Of a stretch of DNA of 64,000 bases, positions 50,000-63,654 are shown piece by piece. The notes below the pieces were generated by a model. It was not told the DNA's origin. It did not search any database and worked only from the letters and a program-made list of their open reading frames with translations. Numbering within the stretch: position 1 is the first letter of the stretch; the number at the start of each line of letters is the position of its first letter. Source of the stretch: Atractiella rhizophila (taxonomy: Eukaryota); assembly GCA_021432655.1 (NCBI GenBank), contig MU271235.1, positions 1 to 64,000 of the forward strand, given 5' to 3'. The translations under genes and the position numbers were made by a program.

Positions 50000-51770
50000 A
50001 GAAAGCTTTCGTACCACCTGCCATAGCCTCCTCCCAATCCTAGCCCTGTGTTCTCGGCCTTGCCAACAATTTTTGAACAGAATCCGAACTACCGTCATTG
50101 CCTCTGAGTTACTCCACCCTCCCCAAGCGCACAGCTCCGGAATGCTCTAACCGAATTCTGTGTGCCAATATTGTGCACCACCATGTCGAGATAATTGTGT
50201 ACCGTAGAGCATCCAATCTGAGTGTCCAAGTGTGTGAAGGTCCTGATGGATCCAGTTCGTGACAACCTTTGTTGTAAGGGTATGAGAAAGATACATTCTC
50301 TCCCAGTCATTGATGTCACAGAGAAGAGGAGCATTGGAACTGGCCCATTTCGTGTCTGTCGCTTTGCGAACGAGGAGAAGGCGGAATAAGGCACGAACAT
50401 GGCATAAGATTGGCTCGTAGTGGTTTACATGGAGCAAAGGGATGTACTTTGCCAGTCTGCTGCATATTCTGACAGGGAATGATGAGTTCATAGCTATTGA
50501 CATGATTCGGGAGACAGCGTAATCCAATGTTCTGCTCAGGCCACAGACTATATTAGTTCTAACTTTGGTACAAGTGAAGGAAAACTGACACAAACAAATA
50601 TCTCATTACCTTCAAGTCCAAGAGCTCTGAAGTATGAAACATGCACAGAAAATTGATGAGGTATAAGAAATACCGTTGAGCGGATTGTTGCCAATGATTC
50701 GCAGCTTCAGGATTCTTTGCCGGTTTCATGATGAGGAGGTTGTACAGTCGGAACAGGGTTTGTTTCATAAGAGCTCGTGCCAATTCTGCAGCCTAACCTG
50801 CCATGAGAAGTCCACAGAAAATGTGATAATCCACACCTCTCCCCTTTCACCTTTCTCTTCTTCAAGCCCATCATGAAAGATGAGACTTCCACTGACATCG
50901 ATGGCCAACCCACCTTTTACCATCCGTCCACCACTGCTGATGTCCTCCTAAATCAATGCTAAATATTTTCGCAAAATGATTTGTGAACGCTGCCCGAACA
51001 GATTGAGCCACAATGAATGAGCGGTCTTCTCCCTCCTGTTCTTTCATACCACACTTTTTAACCAAGATTGACAAGCATCAATAATCAAATTTCTGTCCAA
51101 GGATTGAATATGGACCTTGAAAGTCAAAAATGAAAAGATGTCAGTTGCCAAATCAGCAGTGATGCCATGCAGATCAAAATTGTCGTTGTCTGCCATTGCC
51201 CATCTTTCAAACTTGTTGAGAGAACATTGAACAGCAGGGGCAAGCGAAACACACTTAATCCACGCTTTGATCCACCCATCATATGCAGCATTTGTGTTAT
51301 CTGAACAAGAGCTCTTCTACATCTCATGAGCATGTGCGAGGTATTTCACTCGCTTGGTCTCCACCACTGTCAATGCTTCCTCCTCTGTTACCTGTTCTGC
51401 CTTCTCCTTTTCCATTGCTGCCTCCTCTGAGTCCACTGCGACCCGAACTGCCTGCAGTTCCAGATCTTCATTGACTTTCATCTGGATCTGGATCTTCTAC
51501 GTATCTTGTTACCATTGCTGCTTCCACTACTCTGGTAATTTCTACATGTTGTTTGAAGGAGACAGAGGGATGAGGCTGCCCTATAGCATGCAGGTGATCT
51601 GGCTAATGCCGCTTGGAGGATCCAGGAGGAGGTTGAAGAAGACTTGCTTGGAGTCGGAGATGACTGAGAGTTTGAAGAAGAAAAAGATTTGGTGCTGACG
51701 AAGAGACGCTAATGTTGGAAGTTGATGGATTTTGCGGAATGGGAGAGAGACCAGAAGGCTGATGCTTTCC
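50000..51770 (-). mobile_element. Decayed tyrosine-recombinase gene, Crypton-like; limits approximate
   Basis: Fragments TNAAYDGWIKAW, QSVRAAFTNHF, PSMSVEVSSFMMGLKKRKVKGE, MARALMKQTLFRLY, YLINFLCMFHTSELLDLK, ILCHVRAL and LYGTQLSRHGGAQYW (cf. YGTHSFRRGG), then a stop and LCAWGGWS. Catalytic R, H and Y positions look degenerate. Confidence 0.7.
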
Positions 51771-51935
51771 AAGCCTTAACAATGTTTGAGATTTAGGAGT
51801 ATGGAATGAAGACTATGGTTGATTTACAGGAAGGAGTGTTGCTGTGACAGTGTTTCACGCTTAAACAACTCAAGCCAAGCATCCTCCTTTTAACTCCTTG
51901 TTTTACTCCACTTCTTTGACACTTTCGCTGTTGTA

Positions 51936-53844
51936 TTGTTTCGATCAGTGCTGAGTGCTCAAGCGCTCATCACTTCTCTAAACCAATTTAATTTCGTTTT
52001 CCTGTTTAATACCATCACCTTTTCTTCTGCTCCGCTAGCACTACTGCCCTCCATTCCACCTGACTTCAATACTGAATTGGAGCATCAGTTGGGCCTCACC
52101 GCAAGAAGTGACCAATGTCCTTTCCTTATACGGCAGCCTGATCGCTCAGATTATGATCATGTCCCCAGCACAACTCGTTCTGATCTTCTCCTCAATTCCA
52201 CGGTACTCCCAGACCCCAAACCAATCCTCCTCCCCCTCTCTCCCCAACTGGCCACCATTGTACCCAAGACATGGTCGGAACTCAAAGGAATCAAAAAAAA
52301 AATCGACTCTCCTTTCAATTTTACTCAACTTACGGGAGAAGACAACATCCCTCAGGCTTTTGTAAAGAAGACAAAAAAGGTGGAGGAGTTTTATGACTAT
52401 TTTGCATTACGGTCTGCTTTGAAAGGCGCTCCAATACAAGGGGCTAGACACAAAGAGCCTCCATCATTGCCGGCTCCATCATATGAGGAGCTGATGCAGT
52501 GTGATGATGCACACTGGAGGGACTTCATTGACAAGGTCAGTTATCTTCATTCACCATTACCTGGTAATATATATGTGCAACTCACTGACTGTTGCAATAG
52601 ATTAATGCTTTTTCAAAGTTTTTGGGTGAAAGTTCTTTGCCAAAAAGTGGGACCAAGGAGCAACACCTAAACCAACTTGTCACTTTCTTGGAGCTTCAGT
52701 CCTCCCTAAATGGTGAGGAGGGAGAACATCTTTGTCCTTCTTCTACACCTCCTACATAGTGTCACTTAGACTGTCATCAAGCCAAACAAATGTGCTCGTA
52801 TTGACTGGGATGCCCATATCTCAGGAATTGACAACTGGATGGAGTTTTCAGAACAATGGGAAAGAGAAGGCTCAGCAGCTGTTTTCCCTGATTACCATCC
52901 ACCTTTGAAGCGATTCGATAGTAACAGTTTGACAAATCAATGTCCGTCACTGCTTTTTAATCTTCAAAATAACGATTTGGTAAAGGATCTACTTGAGGAG
53001 TGCAGGTTGCCTAGAGCTCAAGTACAAATCTCTCCTCTCCCTCCTCCTATCCAACCAACTGTTTCTTCTCTATCCTCTAGACCTGGATCTCTGGTGCAAG
53101 GCAAGATGTGTCCTCATACAATTTCACCGCAACAACCTACTTCAAATGAAGTGTCTTTTCATTTCTCAGTACAACACATCACTCTGCCTATCGCTTTTCA
53201 AACACCGAACAATAGCTCTTCGTACAGTCCTTAACACCCTTTGGTTCCATCAACAATAGCTCCTATCCAATCCGATATTTGTCAGCCAACTTCCCACCAT
53301 ATCACCCCAACACCTCCACCTCTTGCAGCTTCTCCTTCATGGTTCTGCTTGAACGATGCAGGGCCTCTCTGCATCCCTTCTGGCCTGGCGGAGTGGGGAG
53401 ATGGAGAAGTGGTATCAAATGGCAAAGGAGTGTGGAAAATACAATGTAAATCGAGGCATCTTTGAAAAACGAAAGCAGGTGCAACACGAATCAGCTTACT
53501 TCCAGTCGGACGCCGAATTCTACAAGTACTATAAAAGATTACCAGGGAGTGTCAGCCCTTTAGATGATGCAATGGGGACATTTGTGGGAGGAGTGAATCG
53601 AAGGAAGTCTTGTGTGAAGGGGAAATTAGGTGGGAAGTGGCCACATTCGATTCTTGAGCAGTGCCGTCAGGATTTTCAAGCATATAGGACTCACCTTTCA
53701 GAGCAGCAACTCAAGACAAAGCAGGCTGAGATTCGAGTGTGGGTACATAATGGGCTAGGGCTCGGAAGCAGTTTCATGCCAGCAGAGAGAGATTTTTTCA
53801 TTGATCAGCAATGTCGATTTCTTGATGGAGAATCAGATGTCTAG
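51936..53844 (+). pseudogene. Multi-exon unknown gene divergent from the recombinase; C-terminus weakly GCR1_C-like; probably decayed
   Basis: Coding-like segments with GT-AG introns (DFIDK|...; TIKPNKCARIDWDAHISGIDNW...). C-terminal SLLAWRSGEMEKWY...FEKRKQVQHESAYFQSDAEFYKYY. A frameshift or stop lies near 53230-53370. Confidence 0.45.
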
Positions 53845-54391
53845 TGCTATGAAGCTACCTGGGTGAACATCCAATGACGAAGGAGCGAGAAGAAAGGGTG
53901 AAGAAAATCTTAGAAGGAAAGAAGTTGGGGATTAGTTGGGGGAAGATCTAGGAATCTGAGACCAACAAGTACTGCATAGATTAAATCAGGTGTTGTTTAT
54001 GCAATTGATTGATTAACAGAATTTGATGATATGGAGGAAGAGATCGATACAACTGAGAAAAAATTATCTCCCAGCATCTACTTCTCACTCTTATCCCCAC
54101 CACTCCTACCGTTCCTCCGTGTGTATTCACAACCAACTGTGACAGTGAAGTCATCTCAGCTCCCTCCCCCTAGCACCGGCTCGTCGTATCGTTTGGCATT
54201 GGCATTCAATACAGTCTGGCCCAAAGTTTTGGGAGGTGCTGTGACAATGACAATGCTGTGTTTCTAGCAAGAGATTTTCAAGAGGGCTGACACTTTACAG
54301 TATAATCGCTACTGCTTCTGATCACAGATCCACATTTTCAAGTAATAAGGGACTCAGCTCAATCACATGACTTACAACTGCCCGAAGGTAG

Positions 54392-57300
54392 AGCAGACCT
54401 GTCGCCCAAGTGGTCGGAGACCGTCGGGGTTAAAACTGGTCAAAAACTGGTCGACCAGTTTTGTGCTGCGGGGAAACTGGTCTATGTCGGGCGTGCCGTG
54501 TATCCAAGGCCACAAACATGGCCAAATCTTCCTTCGAAAGAAGAGAAGAGTTCTCAGAAGAAAGCATGAATGGAATGAGGAAAATAAGGAAGAAGGACGG
54601 ACCAACAAACCCTAAGCAAACGTGGGGGAAAGGACTGGTGTAGTTGTGCAAGTCCTTTCCTCCTTCTTCCATCTACCCATCTGCCATGCTTTCCTTCCCC
54701 ATCTTCTCATCCACCTAGCTTCCTCCGACATCCTCTATTCTCTGATCTGTGAGTGTGCTTCTGCAGCACGACGAAAAGGTGCGCCTCTCTTGTTACGTCT
54801 CATTCCTTTCCTCTTTGCATGCATGTTGTACTAACAATTATCTCCCAGTATTTTCTGTTTCCGCTTGCTTCTCACCTTCCGTCCACCAACTTCCACGGTC
54901 ACTGCTCTCTTGTGCCCCGCCCCTCTTCATCGCATCCACTCTGTCCCACCCTTCACACCTTCTCCCAGCAGAGTACCAGCTCATTGGACCTTATTCAATC
55001 GTCATGTCTGCGCTTTCTTCCAACATCTTCGATCCCCCTGTCGTGAAGGCGCTGTGCAAACAGGTGCTAGAGACCCACACTCGACAGAAGGCTGGGAATA
55101 AGAAGGGAAACTGGCTTGTGGACTGGGAAACAATGTGGACAAGTCAATCGGTCAATGATACAGTGGAGAAATGGAAGAAAAATAAAAGTATTATGGAGAA
55201 GAGGGGCGACTATTCTTTGCTGCCCAAGTGTTAGAATATAGGAAAATTGTTAACTGAGTCCTTGAGAGAGAGGTATGCTATTCTGTACTTATTTTAAAGT
55301 CTCTGGGTTACAAGTGAAATGTAGATTAACCAAGGAGCCATTCCCACTGGCTTTCCCCTCTATGACCTCTTTTCATTCCTCCCACTGCCGATTATGACCA
55401 TTTACGACAAAGAAACGTTTCTGACTGTCTGGAAAAATTTCTCGTTGAAAGTTGAAAAGCAGGGGCTGGCGCCAACTGGTTATCACTCAGTTTATGGGCT
55501 ATCATGCAATTTGAAAGCAATTGGTTGTTCTCTCAAATGTCAGACTCATGGCAAATGGAGCACAACCTCTGCTAACTTTTGGAGGAACTTTCAGCCATAT
55601 GAATTAGGTATTGGTGTATTTTTTAAAATTTAATAAACACATGACTAAGTTGCTTGCATAGATGGAATACCTTACTTCCAGGAGTCATCAGCTATCACTC
55701 CAGAGCTATTCAACTTTATTTATAACTACGGCCAAAGACTAATGTTGGCAAACTGGGAGAAGCGATTCAGCATGCGTAACTACTGTCTTTGCTTAGAAAA
55801 AACAACTTACACACTCTTTGTGTTTTGCAGAGCTACATTCGGAGCATGTCCAGCAGATTAAACGAGTTTGGCAACAGTACGCTATTGAAGAACAGATTCG
55901 TCACAAATGGCCTTCCGGCCCATTCAAGGCAAATCTTGAAGCAATTCCCAGCTGTTCTATCCAGAGCTGCCGATCCAATGATAAAAGCCGAAGCGATTAA
56001 TCCATCTCCATCATCTGACCTCATCAAGACAATCAATCAGAAACACTAAATTCAGCCCCTAAGACATTTTTCCATTCCAATACTTCAGGATATTTAAATT
56101 CCCTATGAACACTGGATAGAGTATGAGCATGGCCCAGAAAGCAACATGTATTTGAAGACCCTTACCGGTATGTATTTTGGCTTACCTTGGCCCTCTATCC
56201 TAATAAACCACCAGGTCTTTCGTTAGGCCTCTATGCAACCCTCAAGGTCGCCAAGAAGGCAAACATTTACACTACCGTGAGGGAGACTGGTGGTCGTCAA
56301 AAATTACAAGTTACAAATATTTTTGGTGGAGGATTGTTGACGATGGTAAATGAGGACCAAGAACATGTGGGATACGTAAGTTGTAAGGTTGCTGTCATCT
56401 GTAAATTCAAGGCCTAATGATAATAATCCAGGGATTTCTTGTTGGAAACTCACCGCTCGAAACGGGTGCACCACTTCAAGATTTTGCTCAACGTGCACGG
56501 CTCCTTGGAGTCGACTTTGAAGGTAGCGGGCAGGCATGTGTTGACCTCTGCTGTCAACATAGGAACAGTATCCTTCTCTATGTGCCCGAACTCTGGATTG
56601 GTCAGGATCTAGCTCATCTCGAAATGTGTGTCTTTGAAACAATTCCTCATATCAATCGAGCACGAGCAGATTTTGTTGTGGAATTTCAAGAGGCAATCTT
56701 GAAGAAGAAGGCAGACTTGCATGGTGGGGTTGCTGAGTATTATTCAGTTAAAGACTAAGCTTGGAGCGGCTTACAAAAGTTGAAGACAAGTTCAAGAAGA
56801 ATCCTGATCTTTGGAACAAGTTCTGTGCCACATTCAAGCTTCAAAAAGGTCACATTGCGAAGGGATGCCTTATTCCAAAGCATCAGCAACTCCCGTTTAC
56901 GACATCAAATAATGAAAACTGGCATAATGCAGCTGGCGAGCCATTTTGTGGATCAGCTTCTTCTCTTACAACTGTTCTGAGTGTCCTTCCCAATATCTTC
57001 TTATGCAAAAACCTCCTTGTCAAAATTAAGAACCGCTCTCAGCCAGCTGACTCACCATCACGAGCATTTCGGAAGAAGGTTATTGAGGCTGGTACCCACC
57101 ACATCTTTCTATGTGGATCGGAATCTTCGCCTGCAAGAAATCTTATACTCTTCAAGCCAGCCTAAACTGCTGGACATCTTTTCGAAGCACGAGTTTGGAT
57201 TGGTCAAGCGTGAAAAGCAGTATGTTTTCTGTACATGCTACTGGGAGTAGTACATTTATTGATATTCCATGAGTTTAGAGTTACAGGAGTTGACCTAGAT

Positions 57301-59700
57301 CGCTATAAAGCGAAGCAAAAGGAGCTCCTCCAAACTCTCAAACCAGATAATATCGAACACCCCGAAGTGATTGTTATGGCTGTCATGAATGGAACGGTTG
57401 TTATGAATAGTGAGCTTCCTGTGGACTCTGATGTTGAAATGGAGGTGTTTCAGAAGGCTGTAAGTCTTCTCTTTCCCAGTCTGCTGAACATGAGAATATA
57501 TTCATATTGAGCTATTATGGAAACCCGAGAACACTCCTTTACAACATTCTGTGATCAGTTCATCTTGCTTGCCAGAAAAGCGCATGGCGACCCAATTGGA
57601 TAGTGAGGATGATGCCAATACTACACTCGCCATCTCCTCCAAACGCCCTCATCTAAATCGAGGACTTTTGGAGCCAGATATCAAGCCATCTCCGCTACCC
57701 TCTTTTTGGAACTTTATAAAATCGAACCAGTCCCCATCTTCCACAAGTATGGATGTGGAAGCACAACTACGAATGTCTCCCAATCTCGAACGCCACAGAC
57801 CTTTACTTCAGCAACAGGCACTTCGTTTGCAGATTATCAGGAGAAGAGTACAATTCAAATGTACTCTGATGCCTTCTGGAAGCTTGCAGCCTGCCGACTC
57901 CAGTTCAAAGCTACTTCTTCAATGACGGAGAAGCAGCTGAAGTTGTTTGCTGAGAACTATAATAACCCCCAGCTTATCTTGAACCCTGCGTAATACAATG
58001 CAGAGAAGGGTGTTCCGAAAGACAAAATCATTCGCGATGGTTTGGTGCTCAAAAACGGTTTATTTGCAATCGAGAAGGAGGTTGCTAGTCGTATTCAGAG
58101 AGTAGCCAGAGGAGACTGTGAGTTTGAACACTTTTATTGACAAGAAAAGGAATTTACTAATAGTGTTGAGCAGCCATCAAGCCATTCTGGAAACTACAAA
58201 CGACACTCCCTCCACCAGTGAAAGTGACATACATGAAGCCAATAAAGAAGGGCAACCTTGGAGCTGTAAAGACTTGTGGTTGATGCAAGAAGCAAAAGGA
58301 TGGGTATGGTGAGAAGAATACAAACAACCACAAGCGCGATGTCTGTGACGACAACTTTATGCATTGGTCCAAAGTTCCGTACCCACTGCCCAAGACCAAC
58401 TTACGCAATGTCCCACTCTGCAAGAATATGTTGGGGAAGTGGAGCATAGACGAGAATGCGGTAAAGAAGTTTTTCACGGATATCAAGGATGGGAAAGTGC
58501 CACATGTTGATCAATCGGTGGAGATGGTCAACATGTGAGTTTTTATGGCAATGACATGGGTAGAGGAAAAGATGGACTGGGTTTTGACAAAAGAAAGGTT
58601 GCATATTGAAGCAGGGAAGAGAAAGTAGTGGTCCACTTAGTGAGTAGTCAGATGCGAATGGATATCTTTTGTGATCTTCAGTCCGGGACAAATAATGCAC
58701 CAGCCTCCCTTTTGAAATTTTTATAAAGATCACGTCAACTATTCTAAAGCAAAGGCAAATTTTAAGCTTTTATTTGATCAATTACAGCTGCAGTTGCAAG
58801 AGGACTGAATGCACTGTTGCGGAGTCAGACAATGTAAATATAATGTGAGTTGATGCTCTGCTTTGTTAATATCCCCTCAATGCTAATAATCCTTATACAT
58901 CGTGTTAGCTAGCTCTCAGGCCTCACATTCGATGCACTCACGCCTGAGATACGATGGATAATGGCGAAGTAATATGGAATCATATGTTTGACATATAGGG
59001 TGTGTATTTTTTCCTTCACTTTTTTTGATGTTTGCTCACTCTTATTACGCATTATGTGTAGTAATATCTAGCCCCCAAGCCCATTGCTCCTCGCCCTCAC
59101 GTCTAAAATACAATGGATAATAGCGAAGCAATGAGGAATTGTGTTTTTTGATGTATATGAGGTGCGTATTTTGTCCTCCGCTTGTTTTAATATTCGCTCG
59201 TTCTCAATACACATTATACGTCGTTGAAGCTACATCTCAAGCTTCCCATTCACACTACTCACATCTAAAATACGATAGATAATGGCGAAGCAATGTGGAA
59301 TTGCATTTTTGATGTATATGAGGTGTGTGTTTTGTCCTCTGCTTTTTTAATGTTCACTCATCGTTATTACATGTTATACAGGGCAACAACAGCATCATAT
59401 ATGCTGCCTTCAAGCGACTTAACAGGAAAACACATTGGGTATTGATGTCAGAAGGTGCGATCACATTTCAAGTTTTGACATACCCATATCTTTATTTATT
59501 TATTTTTTTTGCTTCAGAGACAGACACATTCCTTTTCATAGACACTGGATCAGTCTAAATTATGTCCATGATGAATCATTAATCATTACTACTTTTTTGC
59601 ATTCCATAATATTCGATGTCGACCACTTTTGTGTTTGCAGCCCGATGCGGCACAAATCTCCCCGAAATTGAGCGCAAAACCCTCGGGGCAACCAGTTTGC
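54392..59700 (+). mobile_element. ~5.3-kb DNA transposon with a decayed DxxH-type DDE transposase (Dada-like; MuDR/P/hAT clade)
   Basis: Flanked by the direct repeat cgaaggtag (54383-54391 and 59701-59709) with weak inverted termini (gcagacctgtcgccc vs gcaaactggttgccc). Spliced ORF ~55003-58500 contains LYATLKVAKK..GLLTMVNE, VDLCC..QDLAH and FTTSNNENWH. Several in-frame stops. Confidence 0.65.
58920..59380. repeat. Three diverged ~160-bp tandem repeats, subterminal in the DNA transposon
   Basis: The core ctcac..ct.a.atac.at.gataat.gcgaag.aat..ggaat recurs at ~58937, ~59096 and ~59258. Confidence 0.88.
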
Positions 59701-60130
59701 CGAAGGTAGGTATGAATTCTCCTCTGAGTTTTGGAGGCTGCGGATGTTAGTGACGGCCCGTGCGGAGCGGCGTCGATAAAGCCGACTTCGGCTCTTTGAT
59801 TAGATGCTTCCGCTCAAGAGACGCTGTGGATGCTGCGGATGCTGCGCAGGCGTCTCTTTGAAGAAATAAGACCTTTTACTGATGCGTCAGGATACAACGT
59901 AGGTAGGCGTGATTTCGTGATTTCATCCTGATCTCTTGAACTTTCATCGACTCTAATGTGGATGTATCTGATGCAGTCTGATGGCCACCGTCAACATCAA
60001 CAATCGATCTTCTGCCCGCCAGGCAGAACCAACCTTGAGCGCTATGGCCAATCTAATCATTGAAGCAACGTCCACCAGTTCGCTCCAGATCCGTTTCTCA
60101 ATTCTTCCCTCTTTCTTATCACTCTTACCT

Positions 60131-61648
60131 ATGTCAATTCACAAACTCCGGGTCACTTTCCACTTACCTTTGGATCGGACTCCTTTGACGGTGGCCTCAA
60201 AATTGTCCTATTTCTCACTTCAGAATACAGCCAACGACAACGGCACAGCAAATCTTAGCGTCACCTTAAACCGAAACGGTATCACAGTGCACCCTGTGGA
60301 TCCTCTAATGGGACACGATTCGGATCTGGATCATTTACCTCCGCAGCCGTTCACACACACGTTTCCTGTTCCTGCAGAAAACCGCTGTGAGGCGGTATCG
60401 GCCCTTGTCGCTTACTTCTCCTCAAATGGCTTTTCCCCACATGGTGGTGACGCATCATGGTGTACACGACCTGTAGACACCATACAACTCTCGCTCTCCC
60501 CAACTTCAGGGGCGAATCCTTGCTATATCACACGCCTCCCTCTCGAGCTCCTCCAAAGCATATTTGATTACGTCGCAGTCGACGAAAGAAATAGCCTCAT
60601 GTTTGGGGGAAATCTCGCTGCCGCTGCCTCGGGTTCCCAACTCTCTGACGTGTGCCAGCTGTGGAGGGCTATTTCGGTTGCTCATTGGGACGAGCCCAAG
60701 AATGCTAAGGAGAAGCACACTCGCTTGAAATTATATCCCGCTGCTGGACGTCTATGGAGGCACCTGAAGTTTGAAGATTTACTCACTGTTGAGGCGGTGA
60801 AAGAGATTATCGCAGGCTCACCCAATGTCAGAGAAGTGACTGTGGATGCATTTTGGAGTGGAAAAGAAGCAACGATGGTATTGCATGCAATTGAGGGCTT
60901 GAAAAGGCTAGAATCGGTGACCTTTTCACGTCGCGGTTCCAGAAAGTGGAGGAAGGACGAAGTGGAGGACTTTATGGAGAGAATGGGTGGGAGGGTTCGG
61001 GAGCTCCGTGCTTTGGAAGTGAAAGATTTGCCTCCTTCCTTGCCCTTTCCTTTAGCACCAACCAGCCTCCAATTGCATCCTGGTCTCATATCTCTGAGCC
61101 TGGAGTGGTATCCACCTCTCTCATCGATCTCCCTTCCACATACTCTCCGGAAGCTGCGAATCTACTGCATGTGTCCCTTCCCTCCCTCCATTTCAGGTTC
61201 CGTTATGCCGACTCTTCTAGAGGAACTCCAGCTCTTGCTTCACCCTTTCTCGAAGGATGGGCATACCTCAATCCTACCCACTCCGCTCGATTTGTCACAC
61301 CTAACCCACCTCAAATGCCTCTACCTTGACGGTGGCGAGGAATCTTCAAACTTGCTCCCCTACCGGTTCTTCAGCACTCTCACAAATGCGAAAGCGATGA
61401 CAATCATATCGCTTCAATACTGTGTGGTGGACTGGTTAGATTTTCCGGAATTCGTTCATTGCTTCTTGGGGGCCTGGGCGCCAGGGTTAGAAGGGGTGAT
61501 GAGGAGAGTTGGCATTCTCAGGCTTGAGTTATTCTTCGGAGACTGGCCGGAGGTGCAAATCAAGATTGCAAGGAGGACAATAGACCAGCTGAGTGAGGGC
61601 GAGAACACCACATCGTCAAGCATTTCGGAAGGTGGTACGGCGAACTGA
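60131..61648 (+). CDS. F-box-like / LRR (RNI-like) protein, single exon
   Basis: Internal F-box-like YITRLPLELLQSIFDYV...LSDVCQLWRAIS followed by LxxLxL repeats. The ORF is open from 59981; ATG 60131 is the likelier start. Confidence 0.78.
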   Translation: MSIHKLRVTFHLPLDRTPLTVASKLSYFSLQNTANDNGTANLSVTLNRNGITVHPVDPLMGHDSDLDHLPPQPFTHTFPVPAENRCEAVSALVAYFSSNGFSPHGGDASWCTRPVDTIQLSLSPTSGANPCYITRLPLELLQSIFDYVAVDERNSLMFGGNLAAAASGSQLSDVCQLWRAISVAHWDEPKNAKEKHTRLKLYPAAGRLWRHLKFEDLLTVEAVKEIIAGSPNVREVTVDAFWSGKEATMVLHAIEGLKRLESVTFSRRGSRKWRKDEVEDFMERMGGRVRELRALEVKDLPPSLPFPLAPTSLQLHPGLISLSLEWYPPLSSISLPHTLRKLRIYCMCPFPPSISGSVMPTLLEELQLLLHPFSKDGHTSILPTPLDLSHLTHLKCLYLDGGEESSNLLPYRFFSTLTNAKAMTIISLQYCVVDWLDFPEFVHCFLGAWAPGLEGVMRRVGILRLELFFGDWPEVQIKIARRTIDQLSEGENTTSSSISEGGTAN

Positions 61649-62380
61649 AGGAAGACTGATGGGTCGAGAATGGAGAAGGTGGAGGCCCCGGCCGGGATCG
61701 ATTTGAAGTTGGAACTGAAGAGAACAAGTCAAGCGGACGGAGTTATTTCTGCGTTTCGTAAGAATGGCTTTGCATGGCAGGGGCACAGGCTCATTCCCAT
61801 TCTTGATTCAAGCGAACATCATGTGCCAAGCGGAAGGCGTCCTTTGTTGAGATGTCTGCTTCGCTATCATGACGCAAGTGAAGTGCGTAGGTTTGGTAGG
61901 CACTGGTAGACCAAGGGGGCCCTTTTTTACCACTGAAAGAGTGTGAGTTAAATAAATGGACATTGAATAAGCAGCGTACGCTTGACGAAACGGTGCCGTA
62001 TCTACTTCGCACAGTTTCCGCACGCGGAGATGCTCAAACATATCGCTCTAATTTTTTCTCAACAACCGTTCTAATCGAAGATAGATGGAGAGGAAACTTA
62101 CAGCATCGCTTGACCTGGCTGTCTTCCGTACCTTCCCACAATCTACATCTCCCGCGTTCCAACTGTGCTCACCAAGTCCGCTGCGAAGATGACCTCACGC
62201 TCGACGGCGGGATACTTTGTCTGTATGCAAAATGATAAGATAACAGAGGAGCGAGAAGACAAACGTTTCTCTTGTCAGGTCAATGGTACACGAGACGGTT
62301 ATAAGGTATGTTGCTATGTTGCTATCCCTTTGACCACGGCTTCTACTGACAGCAACATAGTACCTTGCGTATTGTCTGAT

Positions 62381-62887
<507 letters not shown>

Positions 62888-63155
62888 TTACGTCTCTCCC
62901 CATTCACACTTAAAGTTGCTAGATCATTGGATAAAGTGCTTAATCGACTGTTTCAAGGAATTCAATAATAAAACCGTCCCGCCTTACGCGTATTTTACCG
63001 ACATTTTATACCATTTAACGTACTCTCTCCCTGCGCCTGTGCCTGTGTTGCCCTCTTATCAAATCAAACCGAACCGCCAGCTTTCTGTCCTCACCAAACC
63101 TGCTAGAAATGACTCTAATCGATTTCACACGAATGTTACTATATTCACTCTTGAA

Positions 63156-63654
63156 CTACGCAAATTTCACAAAGAAATTACGGGAGCTTCGATCGCAGTA
63201 GAACCACGTTGGTTCTCCTTCCACTCTCAAAGCCTTTTTAGCCGCCTCTACATAATCTTTGTCTCTCGCCCTTTCGAGCCCCTCGGGCGTGGAGTTTGTC
63301 GCGATGTACGCCACCCTTTCCATCGCGTAAGCTCTACCCTGGGAGGATGTTCCGTATTGCTCTTTCCTGTCCCCAAGATAATCCAATTAGCACTAGCAAG
63401 TGTGTTGGAATGGGAGAAAGTGCTTACGGCAAGCCCGCCTCCGCCCACCACCTAGGAAGGAGGTCCTCCATGACCCTGTTTTCAACATTGCCATTTCCAA
63501 AATGCTCTGTCGCGTATTTCTGGAGAACTTCACGAGGGATTTTCCAGCCGAAGCAATACTTGGGGTGAGAAGTGGAATCATAGAGCGGAGGCTCCTGGTC
63601 CAACTGCAGGGGAAACTTCAATTCCCACATCGCTCCTTCCCTGCAAACATCCAT
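63156..63654 (-). CDS. Small hypothetical protein, 2 exons
   Basis: A gtaagc...gacag intron joins ...PKYCFGWKIP...WWAEAGLP to KEQYG...YIATNSTPEGLERARD...EPTWFYCDRS...FA* in frame. Confidence 0.6.
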
